Source: a virus. Taken from it: a stretch of DNA of 64,000 nucleotides. The DNA lies in IMG/VR virus record IMGVR_UViG_3300032315_000601, positions 6,181 to 70,180 of that record; one strand, written 5' to 3'. A program made the translations under genes and the position numbers. The notes beneath the pieces were generated by a model that saw only the letters and a program-made list of their open reading frames with translations, was not told where the DNA came from and did not search any database. Below are positions 36,422 through 47,735 of this stretch, piece by piece (position 1 is the stretch's first letter; each line of letters begins with the position of its first letter).

Positions 36422-39400
36422 TTAATTCTGGGTATCGTAGGACTTTACCGCCTCTAGGTACGCTTTTCTACGAGCAAGATTTTCTGCTCTATCAGGTGTA
36501 GCCGTTAAAGTTACATCAAGAGTAGGTTTACTCAATCTAAGTTGCGGAAACCTGCCAGTTACAATAGCCGCAGTGTCTTTGTCGCTTAGCCCCGTTTGCT
36601 TACCCGCGCCACTTATAATGCGAATAGCTTGTTGTCTCGAAACTCCCAAACGTAAAGCAGATTCGTAAGATTTTTTCATATCTTCGTACAGTCTTACGTA
36701 CGCTTCGTTCGCTCTTCGGTAAGCATCAGGTATGTCGCCAATATCTATAGTCCCCCGACTATTTAAAATCTGAGTAAGAAGTTGAGTTGCTTCAGAACGA
36801 CCTGACAAGAACCCCCTCACTTTATTACCCAACATTGTTTGGGCATCAATTTCTGCAACGCGCTGTCCAAAACCTGCCCCCGCCAACTCGTTAGACAAGT
36901 CGTAGCTCCTACCTTGTCTAGTAACCTGACCTGTAGCGGCTCGATACACCCTAGTGCCAACTCCCGTTATAACTCCGGGAGACAACGCTTTAGCCAAGTG
37001 TGAAAGTTTAGCTATGGTGATGTTAGTCGGAGAATCCTGCTCATTCCAAATTTGACCTCCCAAGGTTGTACGATTTCTAGCTAAGTCCATTACAGCCCCC
37101 GCAAATAATTGCTCAGAAAGAAGGGGCTGTAGCATCTGAGTAGCGGCGTTTAAAAACGCCTCCCCAACTCCTTCTTCACCGCGAATAGCTCGGTAAAAAG
37201 CAATAGCTGTTTCCGCTCGCATGTTTTGCGGATCAAGATAACTAAGATTAATGTAAGAAGCTTTTCCGTCTTCTCTTTCACCGATATAAAGTAGCTGATC
37301 GTTCTTTTCAAAGTCTGGGACAAACTGCCGTATAGCTTCATCATCCTCCTCGTCGTACCCGAAAATAGCTTTAGTCGTAGCTACTGCTGTCGGGATCAAA
37401 GCTGCCGAAAACAAAGCACCTTTCAAAGACCTCATTCCATTATTTATCATCTCCTTGTTGTTGGTCTCTCGCCCAACCCGAATATCCTCGGCGGCAATTG
37501 CAAAAGTGTTTGCGCCAGTTCTTATAATTTCACTAGTCCAAGTAATGAACGGAGCTATGAAGGGAACTCGACGAATTGTTTTAGTAACTTCGGGAGACAA
37601 GCTGTAAGTTGGCAGTTTATTGCGCACACGCCCCGCCGATTCACGACGAATTTTAGCTTCATCCCAGTCTGGGTGGGTCCTCTTCTGAAACTTCTTCTCC
37701 TGTTCGTAGGCAAAGACTTTCCAGAAATCATCGATACCCTGATATATGTCAGCCATCTTTTCAAAAAATCTTTTAGCGGTACCTGTAGCCATACGTGCTT
37801 GCTGTTTAAGATTTTTCTTACCTTTGGTTTCCTGCCACAAAGAAGGTATTCCCGGTTGACCCATGCTGGTTTCAATCATCTCCCTAAACAAACCTGACTC
37901 AACGTTGTCCCCGATCACCCCTTCACTAATATATTCGTTCCGTTTTGCTTGGATAGCTTCGTCAAAACTAAGGCCCGTATTAGCCAAAGCGGTTCGGAAT
38001 GCTAGCTTACCGTTACGTAACATTTGCATAGGGTTAAGCAAGTCCATGCCCTCAATAAAACCACCATTAACAAGGAGCAACGGATTACTTAAAAAATTTC
38101 TAACGTAACCCTGTGGAAAGTTACCGACTGTTTTCGAAGCCATCGACCAAACAGTCAATCCAGAAAACCACTTAGCCCAACCTTGCATAGTATCCACATC
38201 CTTCAACGACCTAAAAGCTTCTCGAACTTCCTGCGGTGCAAAAGCATCTTTCAATGGGTTGTATTCACCAACAGTTCCCGGCGGGTAGATGGGCCGAAAT
38301 CCTGCAGGTGGGCTGGGTTCTTTAGACAAACCTTTTTTCCAAATGTAGTTTTGTTTAATTCCTAGATCGAGCAACTCTCTGGCCGTATCAGTGGTTGCCA
38401 TAAAAGCAGAAATTTTAGCAACACTCTTAACGAAGTTAGTTTCGTTGTCTTGTATTTCGCCCCAAAGTTCTCGAACTTCTTTGGGTATCTGACCACGCAC
38501 TTTTATAATATCTAGCTTGCGCTGTCCCGGCAGCCTTCCCGTAAGAAGGAAATTATTCTCACGATCGTCGGCTACACTTAGGTAGTCGATCAGCATGTTA
38601 TGCGCCTTGATCGCAATGTCATCTTTGTACCTTGCAGCAAGTTCTAAAGATCGGGTTACGCTCATCTGAACTCCGCTCTTCGCCGCTTCGTTGCGAAGGT
38701 CACGGGCTATGTCGGCTTGAGCCTTTGAACGAAAGAGTCTGTCAGCAGCGTTTAAGATTCTTTCTTGTTCAGATCCCGGCTCGGGTTTTTCCATGAGAGC
38801 TTTCCACTCCGGATTGTCAAAAATCTGATATGATCTATGTAAGTAAACTTCTTTGTTGGCTTCCACAACCATTTGCATTTTTCCAGAAAGGTAACCTCCG
38901 GCAACAAGTTTGTCGCTTAGATCTATTAAATTCTCACGCATCTCAACCAATACAGACGAAAGTTCTTTTGGCAATTGATTTTGGGCATCCAAAATTTTAG
39001 CTTTTGATTGTATCAAATTCTGTTCCATGAACTGACGAACTAAAGCGGCTCGGGCGTCCTCATCAACCGCAGCTTGAATTTGTCGGTATTGGTCATCTGT
39101 GTATTTATTCTCCGTAGAACCCAAAGCAGTATTGATCAACTCAATTGGGATAGCCTCTTTCTTATATACTTTCTTAAGAACTTTTTTGTATTTAGAAACA
39201 AGAAATTCAGCTTTGGCAACTGCAGCATTAATTTTAGATGCTTGACGTATGCGTATATCTCTTTGATCTGGTGCAAACTTACCAGAAGAACCAAACCCTC
39301 CTACTTTTGAACGGGTTTCGCTATAGCGACCCGTAAACATGGACTTTAAGTTTTCCCAGAAACCACCTTTCTCTTGGCCAAGAAGACCTTCGCGAATACG

Positions 39401-42400
39401 TGTGTCAGGCGAGTAAGAGTAGAATCCAAAATCTCCTTGGACTATTTGGCCGTTAGCATCGGGTTTTGCTGTAGCTTTAGCCAAAGTCTGCTCGGCTTTC
39501 GGTACCGTGAGTTTGGCAAATTTGATTGGGGACCCTTGTTTAGCAATCTCTGAGTTGGCCACCCCTATATCAGTAATTTGCCGACCATTGATAACAACGC
39601 TACCTTTTTCGCGAATAAACCTTGCGACAACTTGCCTTACAGCGGCTCCCGGATTTTCTGCGGTAGTCCCTGTTTTCGGGTTTCCGGGCAAGCGAACTTC
39701 GTAAGACTTCCTAGTATCGGCTTTGTAAGATTCAAAGATGCGACCAACTTGCTCGGCATACTCGGCAGGTGCCTCACGGAACTCGGGGTTACGTTCGGGG
39801 TACACTGATTCACCGTAAGCCAATTCATCCAACTCACGAACACCATCAAAAAGATTGTTTAGTTTTTCCTGCAAACCGGGATTGCGATAAACGCGAACAT
39901 GCGTTCCCAGCCTCCGCCAGATTGCTTTGATAGCCGAAAGGATACGCTTCAACACGTTCTGAGACATGCCAGCCAGTTCCGGCATCTCTTGGACAGACTG
40001 GCCGTTCTTCATACGCTCAGCCAGCATAGTAATAAATTCAATTGCCGCAGATACACGATCAGCTTTGAATCGATCGTAAGCCGCTTGCTGATCAGCCTCG
40101 TTTGCAAAAACCGCTCGGCTGAAGTAAATGTCAGCAGCTTCATCTAACTGAACATCGGTCATGTTGTCGCCGATCTCTTGCAGTCCTTCGACGCCTACCT
40201 TGCGGAGTAAGCCAAGATGGTAGTACTCGTGTAGGGTGAGGGCGCGGACAAAACCCGCAGCTTCGGTGTCATCCATCCCACGAATAACTTCGGCCACACG
40301 TTCTGGATTCGCGAATAGCGAACGGCTGAGTGCTGGATCAACGTGCATACGGCCCTTACCGTCCGTAACTACGACTTCACGGATTCCCGGATAGAACTTA
40401 CCCACAACTTCGCGGATAATTCGCAGTGCCCGTCCCCTCTCCTCGTTGGTTGCGGAAACATCGGACGGCTCAACGCTATCGGGGTCTGCAGAATAAAACC
40501 CACGATTGTTCATGGTTCCACGAGCAGACATCGGATTTTTATCCAAATCCATTAAGACCCGCATCGTAAAATTAGCAATCTCGTCTTGGGTAAATCCTAA
40601 AAGCTTTTTGTCTTTAGCCAACCTACGGCGAAGCGTAAGCATCTCACGAGCGTGTTCTTTCAAAAACGAGGAACTTCCGTTGTTGATCTCTGGATCGGCG
40701 GCAATCAGTCGAGCATGACGTAAGGTAGTCTGACGATAGATAAGTTCATCGGTATCTAAAGCATCCTTCGATTCGACAACTTTGCCCGGACTCGGTTCTT
40801 CCGCATACCCTTCATCGACAGGTCGGGCACCTTCAAACTCCTCCAGCATACCCGCTACTGACAAACGATCGCCCAAAAACACATTCTCGGTTCCCTGTAC
40901 CGCTACGTCTGTGGAGAGCATTTGCGGGCGGTATTGCTGCCGCTCCAACAATTTACGAATAGCCTGCGAAAAAGCACGGCGCGGAGTAGTGGATATTCCT
41001 TTACGAATAGCACGGGCGTAAATAATCCGCGCAATCTGGGTCGCCCGATCTTCGTCGACATTAGAGTTAGCTGTGTAGGTAGCAAGAAGGCCATCGGCAT
41101 TTTCAACCAAAGCGATCTGCTCGGGAGTCATCGGCTTCTCGGTGGACGTAACTGCGCCTGTTTCGGGGTTGCGATTGACCCCAGCGATTACATCTGAAAT
41201 GTTTACACGTTCTTCGGGTACGGGACTGAAATCCGTGTCCATGATCGTCTTAGCTTCATTGGCAGCAGCTTGGAGTTGGCCTGCAGCGGAGACTCGGGTA
41301 CCTCCGTTGATTGCCGATACGGCTGAAGTAACGACCCCGGTCTCTGGATCGAATGTGATCCCCGGAGCCACTCGTTCGCGGAACTCGGTAGGGACGGTCA
41401 AAGTACGTCCTTGGTCTAACTGTCGGGCGGTTACCTCGCTGTCGTTGACAAACGTGTCATCGAGAGAAATGTCTAAATTACCAGACAAGTATTCGACGGC
41501 GTCGAATAGTAGACCCTCGCTCCCATCGACTTCGGTGAAAGTAGCAAAGTCAGACAGCGACCCTTCTGTGGAAGGGGGGACTGCAAGAAGTTCGGGATTG
41601 GGATCTGCCGCTGTGGCTGTATCGGCAAACTTCATAATTTGCTGACGGGTTGTGTCCAAAAATTTGCCAATACGAATTTCTAGTTTATCGGATTTCTCGT
41701 TAAGCAAACCCAACTGTTCTTCCAAACCTTTACGGAAATCCCCAACAGGTAGCGGCTGTCCAGCATCGCCACGGTTAATTCGAGTCTGCAGCGTGCGAAT
41801 TTGCCCCATCAGGTCGCTTTTTTGCTGCAGTAAACCACGAAGTTTTGGTAGATCTTTTGCTGCTTGTTTTTGCGCCGGGGTTTGTTGAACTGCCTCGGGT
41901 CGAGCAATCGTCAAAGTTCCGGCAACATTTCCGTCAGCGTCTTGGATCTCATAACTTCCGTTTGGCAGACTGGCTACAAACGCACGGACCTTCGTGCGAT
42001 TATCCATTAAAGTTTGCTCCACCTCGTCTTGCGTTGCGTTCTGGTCGGGAGTTACCACAGTGAGGTTGGTAACATCGGCACCAGTCAAGGTGCCGGGGCC
42101 GACAATAGTGGTGCTGACGCGATTAGGGATACGGAGCCTATCGTCGAGGTCAGCGGTGAAGCGGATAGTCTCAGGATTAGTAATGCCAAGATCTGTAGCC
42201 AGTTGTGTCTCGGCGTTTTTCTGAATTGATCGAAGATTAGAAATGTATCCTTGAGTTTCTTTGTCTGGACGAATTTTAGTACGTGCTTCTTTAAGACCTC
42301 TCAATACGCGGCCAGTGGCTTTGGCAAGTTTATTGATGATAGTTGGCATTGTCGGAACGGCTTGGTTCTTGCGAGTCTCCGCGTAGATCGCCACCTCTTC

Positions 42401-45322
42401 CTTGGAATTCGGGATCACTTGAGTCGGTGCAGCCACTCCTTCCTGTAGATCTTGGTTGGCTTGGTCCATGACTTCGCGGACAAACCGCTTTAGAGATTTG
42501 CGTCCATTCCAACCTTTACCCCTCATGTCTGTTTCGATCTCTTCAAAGCTACGGCGAATTGTCCGAACGCCAGAATCACGTGCCTCCTGAACGAGGTTTT
42601 GACGATACTCTGCCAGAGTGCCCGGAACGATACCTTCAACCCGTTCTGGAGGTGTAATAGTCACGGCGGGACGTTCTCCTTCGGGAGCGGGGGCTAGAGG
42701 CAGACCACCTTCGATTGGAGTTGGGGGAATAGGTGCCACCGGGGCCGTAGGTGTAGGGACTGCGGGAGTAATAGCAACCTGCGGACGTTCGCCAGCGGGA
42801 GCCGGGGTCAGTGGGAGTGCGGCGGTACGTTCTTCTAAAGGTTGCAATTCGGGAACCTGCGCACGGGCGGTGTTCCACGCATCCTGCAAATAATCTTTTA
42901 GCTCATTCCACAATTCGGGAAAGTCTCTACGCATACGTGCAGACCAATCGGTAAAGCGAATAACACCTTCTTTGGCGTAGCTGACAGCCAGTTCGACCGC
43001 AGCCAAAGCCAAGTCCGGGTCGGCCCCCATAGAAGCTTGTCCTAGCTTGGGTCGTATACGTTCAAAAATCTTGCTACGATTCTCTTGCTCGGCACGGATA
43101 AGTTCCCTACGGGCTAACGCACGTTGAAAAGCGGGGTCTTCGGTAGCTGCAGGAGCGGGAGCAGCAGCGGGAGTTGGAGCAGAAACAGGTTGGCCTGCAA
43201 CAACGGGAGTAGGGACAGCGGCGGCAGGTGCGGGAGTGGCAGCTTCGGCAGCACGGAACAGTGGTAGCCCTGCAGCAGGTGAATAGGGAGTTAGCGTCTC
43301 GCCACGCGCCTGTTTCTCTCGGAGAAATAGTGGGAGAGTTTGACCCCCCATTTTATCAAATCCATTTTCACGGAGCCACCCTATGACGTTTTCTTTGTCT
43401 GGAACTTGAGCCAGACTAGTCGTTCCTTGCGGCACTACTCCGCTGTCTGCCAAGAGCTTCAAAACCCCAGCGGCAGAAGGTTGACGCATTTTAATTTCAA
43501 CAAAGTTCCTAAACGGGTCTCCCGGTATGTTACGTTCCGTGTCTTTTTTCTGTAGCTCAAAAGTACTCTCGCGTTGCTGTTCGATCTCTTCCGGAGTAAT
43601 TGTCGTTGCTGGCGGTGTAACAGCGGCAAGTCCGGGAACTTCCCGTTCTTCTGCAGGAGCAAAGGATACGCCACCAGCGGGAGCAGGAGCGGCGGCGGGT
43701 ATAATCCCTCGGGTTTCTAGACGCTCGGCGTAAGCTACAGCTTCGTCAAGAGTAGCTGGTGCTGATGCTACAGCAACAGCGGCGGGAGTAGGAGTTACAG
43801 CCGCAGGGGCGGCAGGCTGTTCTCTCCGTCTAACAAATTCATTACGAGCATTCTGTAAAGCAGCTTGTGCGATAGGTACGGACGCCTTCGGGTCCACCCC
43901 CCTATCTGCGAAAAACTTGAGTATTGCCGGATCAGTAGTTTGTAATTGGGCCAAAGCTTGGCTCAATTTAGAACCCTCGGCCAACAACTGTTCGTCGGTA
44001 AGTTTTGCTAGTTCTTCATTCTGATACTGTTTTGGAATAACAACGTCCGGAGTAGCGACTGGAAGTTGCTCACCTTGCAGCGTCAATTCCCGGAGCCTTT
44101 GAGCCTCTGAATCATCTTTCAAGGAACCCACGGTTGCGTCTCTCAAAGCTTGAGCGGTCAGGGGTGCATTATTTTCCTGCAAAGTTTGTTCAGTTTTAAG
44201 AGTCTCAGAAACTTTCTTATCTCGGGCCGCTTTAGCCTCGGCTTTTTCCGCATTGAATCCAGAGGAAATCCGTCCCGTAGCAATTTCCACAGCACCCGGA
44301 CCAACTTCACCGATAACCTCGGCAAACACAGATTTAGGTTCGATGGGTTCTCCAGCAACCAAAGATCCTGCAACTTCTCCCAGACCGCCTGCCCCGGCTT
44401 GGATACCAAGTTCTGTGGCGGCGAGCCTTGTGGGGGTTTTAGTTAGGGCTTGGACTGCGCCACTTTCAGCTACGCCGCGAGCAACAGAACCTGCAGGAGC
44501 TTTTGTAGCAGCTTTGACAATCGAGCTAACCCTGCCGCCAATACCTGCCGAAACAGCATCGAATGCGGCAATAGGTATACCTCTTTTCAAACCCTTTTCT
44601 CGCGCTGCATTAACCAATTCTTCATTAGAGAAAAATTCAATGATGCTGTCGGGATTGGTCATGTCCATCCCGGCTTCTTGGAGTTCCTGTAAAATCTTAC
44701 CACCGTATTCGGTAGCCAAAGATCCGGCAAAAGTACCTGTTACTTGACCCGCCAAGAAACCGACAGGTGCGCCAACAACAGTCGGTGCGCCGATCGCAGC
44801 ACCAGCCAACCCGGTAGTAAGACCTGCAGCAAGCGCAGGGACGCTGCCAGCCAAACCCTCGGCTACAATGTTTGTGGTGACCTCAACAGGATTTACTGCA
44901 AATGCTTTTAACGCATCCAATCCTTGGGCGTCTAAGTAGTCGCGATAACCCGGAGCAAGGCTACGCGCTTGCTTGTCGTATTCAATCTTTGAAATCTCAG
45001 TAGCTTCTTCGGGCGACACTCCGCCGACAGCCTTTAAAGCTTGTTGCGAAGAATCCCAAGCATTGGCTGCGGCATTGGCGATGCCTTGAAGTGTGCCAAC
45101 CTGTGTCGAAATTTGGGACTCGTATTCCTGTGTCTTGGAATCCAAGAACAATGCGTATTTTTCTTGCGCAGTAGGTGAGCGGAACATCCCGCTAGGGATT
45201 CCGTAGTTCTCTAAATCAGTGGACCAATTTTTTAAAGTCTGAAGCTTAAGCTCCGGAGTTAAAGCCTTAAACTTTTCGTCCTGCTCTATTTCCGGCCAAG
45301 CTGGAGGTCTTGCGAGAGCCAT
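36422..45322 (-). CDS. Giant internal virion / DNA-ejection protein (2966 aa)
   Basis: Gly/Ala hydrophobic N-terminal block, Pro/Ala linkers, HEYYH, C-terminal YLHRSY / RNFLSN / DDFWK / PF...TSEIIR typical of large podophage internal proteins. Confidence 0.8.
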   Translation of the reverse strand: MALARPPAWPEIEQDEKFKALTPELKLQTLKNWSTDLENYGIPSGMFRSPTAQEKYALFLDSKTQEYESQISTQVGTLQGIANAAANAWDSSQQALKAVGGVSPEEATEISKIEYDKQARSLAPGYRDYLDAQGLDALKAFAVNPVEVTTNIVAEGLAGSVPALAAGLTTGLAGAAIGAPTVVGAPVGFLAGQVTGTFAGSLATEYGGKILQELQEAGMDMTNPDSIIEFFSNEELVNAAREKGLKRGIPIAAFDAVSAGIGGRVSSIVKAATKAPAGSVARGVAESGAVQALTKTPTRLAATELGIQAGAGGLGEVAGSLVAGEPIEPKSVFAEVIGEVGPGAVEIATGRISSGFNAEKAEAKAARDKKVSETLKTEQTLQENNAPLTAQALRDATVGSLKDDSEAQRLRELTLQGEQLPVATPDVVIPKQYQNEELAKLTDEQLLAEGSKLSQALAQLQTTDPAILKFFADRGVDPKASVPIAQAALQNARNEFVRRREQPAAPAAVTPTPAAVAVASAPATLDEAVAYAERLETRGIIPAAAPAPAGGVSFAPAEEREVPGLAAVTPPATTITPEEIEQQRESTFELQKKDTERNIPGDPFRNFVEIKMRQPSAAGVLKLLADSGVVPQGTTSLAQVPDKENVIGWLRENGFDKMGGQTLPLFLREKQARGETLTPYSPAAGLPLFRAAEAATPAPAAAVPTPVVAGQPVSAPTPAAAPAPAATEDPAFQRALARRELIRAEQENRSKIFERIRPKLGQASMGADPDLALAAVELAVSYAKEGVIRFTDWSARMRRDFPELWNELKDYLQDAWNTARAQVPELQPLEERTAALPLTPAPAGERPQVAITPAVPTPTAPVAPIPPTPIEGGLPLAPAPEGERPAVTITPPERVEGIVPGTLAEYRQNLVQEARDSGVRTIRRSFEEIETDMRGKGWNGRKSLKRFVREVMDQANQDLQEGVAAPTQVIPNSKEEVAIYAETRKNQAVPTMPTIINKLAKATGRVLRGLKEARTKIRPDKETQGYISNLRSIQKNAETQLATDLGITNPETIRFTADLDDRLRIPNRVSTTIVGPGTLTGADVTNLTVVTPDQNATQDEVEQTLMDNRTKVRAFVASLPNGSYEIQDADGNVAGTLTIARPEAVQQTPAQKQAAKDLPKLRGLLQQKSDLMGQIRTLQTRINRGDAGQPLPVGDFRKGLEEQLGLLNEKSDKLEIRIGKFLDTTRQQIMKFADTATAADPNPELLAVPPSTEGSLSDFATFTEVDGSEGLLFDAVEYLSGNLDISLDDTFVNDSEVTARQLDQGRTLTVPTEFRERVAPGITFDPETGVVTSAVSAINGGTRVSAAGQLQAAANEAKTIMDTDFSPVPEERVNISDVIAGVNRNPETGAVTSTEKPMTPEQIALVENADGLLATYTANSNVDEDRATQIARIIYARAIRKGISTTPRRAFSQAIRKLLERQQYRPQMLSTDVAVQGTENVFLGDRLSVAGMLEEFEGARPVDEGYAEEPSPGKVVESKDALDTDELIYRQTTLRHARLIAADPEINNGSSSFLKEHAREMLTLRRRLAKDKKLLGFTQDEIANFTMRVLMDLDKNPMSARGTMNNRGFYSADPDSVEPSDVSATNEERGRALRIIREVVGKFYPGIREVVVTDGKGRMHVDPALSRSLFANPERVAEVIRGMDDTEAAGFVRALTLHEYYHLGLLRKVGVEGLQEIGDNMTDVQLDEAADIYFSRAVFANEADQQAAYDRFKADRVSAAIEFITMLAERMKNGQSVQEMPELAGMSQNVLKRILSAIKAIWRRLGTHVRVYRNPGLQEKLNNLFDGVRELDELAYGESVYPERNPEFREAPAEYAEQVGRIFESYKADTRKSYEVRLPGNPKTGTTAENPGAAVRQVVARFIREKGSVVINGRQITDIGVANSEIAKQGSPIKFAKLTVPKAEQTLAKATAKPDANGQIVQGDFGFYSYSPDTRIREGLLGQEKGGFWENLKSMFTGRYSETRSKVGGFGSSGKFAPDQRDIRIRQASKINAAVAKAEFLVSKYKKVLKKVYKKEAIPIELINTALGSTENKYTDDQYRQIQAAVDEDARAALVRQFMEQNLIQSKAKILDAQNQLPKELSSVLVEMRENLIDLSDKLVAGGYLSGKMQMVVEANKEVYLHRSYQIFDNPEWKALMEKPEPGSEQERILNAADRLFRSKAQADIARDLRNEAAKSGVQMSVTRSLELAARYKDDIAIKAHNMLIDYLSVADDRENNFLLTGRLPGQRKLDIIKVRGQIPKEVRELWGEIQDNETNFVKSVAKISAFMATTDTARELLDLGIKQNYIWKKGLSKEPSPPAGFRPIYPPGTVGEYNPLKDAFAPQEVREAFRSLKDVDTMQGWAKWFSGLTVWSMASKTVGNFPQGYVRNFLSNPLLLVNGGFIEGMDLLNPMQMLRNGKLAFRTALANTGLSFDEAIQAKRNEYISEGVIGDNVESGLFREMIETSMGQPGIPSLWQETKGKKNLKQQARMATGTAKRFFEKMADIYQGIDDFWKVFAYEQEKKFQKRTHPDWDEAKIRRESAGRVRNKLPTYSLSPEVTKTIRRVPFIAPFITWTSEIIRTGANTFAIAAEDIRVGRETNNKEMINNGMRSLKGALFSAALIPTAVATTKAIFGYDEEDDEAIRQFVPDFEKNDQLLYIGEREDGKASYINLSYLDPQNMRAETAIAFYRAIRGEEGVGEAFLNAATQMLQPLLSEQLFAGAVMDLARNRTTLGGQIWNEQDSPTNITIAKLSHLAKALSPGVITGVGTRVYRAATGQVTRQGRSYDLSNELAGAGFGQRVAEIDAQTMLGNKVRGFLSGRSEATQLLTQILNSRGTIDIGDIPDAYRRANEAYVRLYEDMKKSYESALRLGVSRQQAIRIISGAGKQTGLSDKDTAAIVTGRFPQLRLSKPTLDVTLTATPDRAENLARRKAYLEAVKSYDTQN

Positions 45323-45323
45323 C

Positions 45324-46637
45324 TTATTTTTTAGGAAGTTCTGTATCTATCTCTGCAATCCTTGCCTGAACACGTTTTACAATGTCTGAATCAGGGGCTA
45401 GCCCCCTCTTAAGTTTTTGTCCTTTTTCATTATCGTAAATACTTTTAAGAAGACGAGATCTTTCTTCACGAAGGTTCCCTAGGTTTAAACGCCGTTTCGC
45501 CGCTTCGATTCTTTGGGCTTGTGCGGCACGTTTTTGTTCGAGTTGTGGTGCTATGCTAGCACGGGCTGCGGCTTGTACCCCTTGCTCGGCAGCCTGCATA
45601 GCTTCTTCTTCCAAAGTTAGGGGTTTAGGTGTTTCGGGAACCACGGGAGCGGGGGCGGGAGCAGCGGCAGGGGTGGTGGCTGCTGTCGAAGGCTCGGGAG
45701 CAGCGGTAGTCGTTGGCGGGGTTGCCGCACCGCCCCCTCCTCCTCCGATAGACGCATCCAAGTCGCTGGTATCTTCTCCTCCTTCTTGCGGTACACCCCC
45801 TAAGATTTGGGAAAGAAGATTCGTTGCGCTGGACTGTAGATTTTTCAATTCCAGTCTTTCCAAGTTAGTAAGTGAGCCCTCAAGTTCTCTACGCTCTAAC
45901 CTTTCAATAGCGGGTTGTACGAATCTAAGATTTTCTTGCGCTTCTTTCCTTCTTTGTTGAGCCCCTGCTTCGGCAGCAATGCTTATTGTAGCTCCCGGCA
46001 CGTCGACGCCACCTCCTGCGGTAACAGGTACCCCACCAAGAGAAGGCTCAGATGCAAACGCTTTCTTAACCCCTTCTCTCAAGGCGGCTTGGGCCAAAGC
46101 ATTTGTACGAGCGGCTTGAAATTCGGGTTCGGCTGCTACTGTTGCGGGGACAAAACTAAAAGCGGTGTCTACTTCGTAGGGCGAACTTGCGGCATCTGTA
46201 CTCTGCCTAAACTTGTCTAGCATAATGGAGCGTGCTCTCACCCCTGTCTCTCCATCCCGGAGCCCGATAGCATTTGAACCGGAAACCAGTTGCCCCAAGG
46301 CTTTAAGATCAAGGTCAGGATTGTTAAGACCTTCAGAAATTGCTGTTGCGCCACGTTTAATAGCTACGTCTTCCTGCAAAGCTGTGCGCTGTTTCACCAA
46401 ATTAGACATCGTGGTGATCATCTCTACTCCTGTTTTCATAGGAGCCAGTTGTGCAGTTAGTTCAGCTTGCACCTTGGATAGATTGGCCTCGGCCAATTCT
46501 CGAGTAGCTGCCGCCTCACGCGCCCCCGCCTCTGCTCCACGTATGTCCACTAAATCTGTAGGACGGTAACGTCGAACAATGGGGTCAGATCCAAACTGGT
46601 CGGAAAAGTCAAAAGTTGAGCGGGATTCTTCAGCCAT
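45324..46637 (-). CDS. Probable internal virion protein
   Basis: 437 aa, Ala/Glu-rich helical, upstream of the giant protein. Confidence 0.6.
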   Translation of the reverse strand: MAEESRSTFDFSDQFGSDPIVRRYRPTDLVDIRGAEAGAREAAATRELAEANLSKVQAELTAQLAPMKTGVEMITTMSNLVKQRTALQEDVAIKRGATAISEGLNNPDLDLKALGQLVSGSNAIGLRDGETGVRARSIMLDKFRQSTDAASSPYEVDTAFSFVPATVAAEPEFQAARTNALAQAALREGVKKAFASEPSLGGVPVTAGGGVDVPGATISIAAEAGAQQRRKEAQENLRFVQPAIERLERRELEGSLTNLERLELKNLQSSATNLLSQILGGVPQEGGEDTSDLDASIGGGGGGAATPPTTTAAPEPSTAATTPAAAPAPAPVVPETPKPLTLEEEAMQAAEQGVQAAARASIAPQLEQKRAAQAQRIEAAKRRLNLGNLREERSRLLKSIYDNEKGQKLKRGLAPDSDIVKRVQARIAEIDTELPKK

Positions 46638-46641
46638 AATT

Positions 46642-47733
46642 TTATCTTAAAGCATTAATCGCCGCCATAAGCTGATCAATAGAGTAGGTAGCCGCAGTTT
46701 CTTTTGATTTTTCGACTCCACCAGCTTCCGTGTCTGCAGCGAGAGCGCGCCTTAAAGCTGCTGCTCTGAGTTGCTCGCCCTCACCTTTCCTCCTACGACG
46801 ATTGGTTTCAAGACCCCGACCAAGAGCCGTAACTTCTTTAGAAAATCCTTGCTCCCTACGCCCAACAACACCTTGAAGCAAAGCTTCTTCGTCCATCAAT
46901 TCATTAAACTGTTCTGCAGACAAATCTTCCCCCTTACGCAAAGCGCGTCTGACTTGTGAGAGTCTACGGTTCGCATCTTTTTGGTAACGCTCCCCCTCGA
47001 CTCGGGCTGCTTTATCTGCGTCCCAAGATGCAAATAGATCTTTTGCTCTCGCACCTTCGCGTTCTTCTCTTTCTTTGCTTGTTTTTTTTGCTGATTTACC
47101 TGCGAGTTCGTACCCCGCTAAACGTTTAAAAGCCGCATCTCCCTCTTCAGTTTTTTGCTGCGCAATTTGCTCACGGGTCGCCGCTAGCAGGGCTTGCTGC
47201 ACAGGATCTTCATATAAAAGTCTGTCTGCCTCTGTTTGTGGTTGCAGGTTGTCTCCCGGTTGAAACCGTTCCGCCGCTTGTTCACGTTTAGTGGCAGAAG
47301 AAACCAAAGTTCCAGTATCTTCTCCGGGGAGTAAAGTGCGGGTCGGAACTCCAGCCATACGTTCGTACTCGGCCTGTTCTTTTTCACGTTCAACGAGCTT
47401 ACGTCCCATGGCATCTTGACGTTCGCGCAACCGACCTTGAACTTCGGTTGGCAGCCAATCAGGGATCTCGGCTTCGACGCCAGCGCGGACAGTCTCGCGG
47501 CGAGCACCGGGATCCATGCCAACAGACGAAAAACCGCCCGTAGCAAGTGCCGACGATGCATCAGAAAGAGTGTTCAGGAAGGGGTCGCGACCTTCGTTAA
47601 ATCTGCTAATCCTAATTGATTCCTCAACACTCTTTCGCGGGGCCTCCTCCAAACGCTTTGCGATAGCCTGCGCCTCAGGTGAACGCTGCTTACTCTTATA
47701 GTATCTTGCTCTGATTTCGGCGGGTGTAGCCAT
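46642..47733 (-). CDS. Probable internal virion protein
   Basis: 363 aa, charged coiled-coil. Confidence 0.6.
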   Translation of the reverse strand: MATPAEIRARYYKSKQRSPEAQAIAKRLEEAPRKSVEESIRISRFNEGRDPFLNTLSDASSALATGGFSSVGMDPGARRETVRAGVEAEIPDWLPTEVQGRLRERQDAMGRKLVEREKEQAEYERMAGVPTRTLLPGEDTGTLVSSATKREQAAERFQPGDNLQPQTEADRLLYEDPVQQALLAATREQIAQQKTEEGDAAFKRLAGYELAGKSAKKTSKEREEREGARAKDLFASWDADKAARVEGERYQKDANRRLSQVRRALRKGEDLSAEQFNELMDEEALLQGVVGRREQGFSKEVTALGRGLETNRRRRKGEGEQLRAAALRRALAADTEAGGVEKSKETAATYSIDQLMAAINALR

Positions 47734-47735
47734 AT

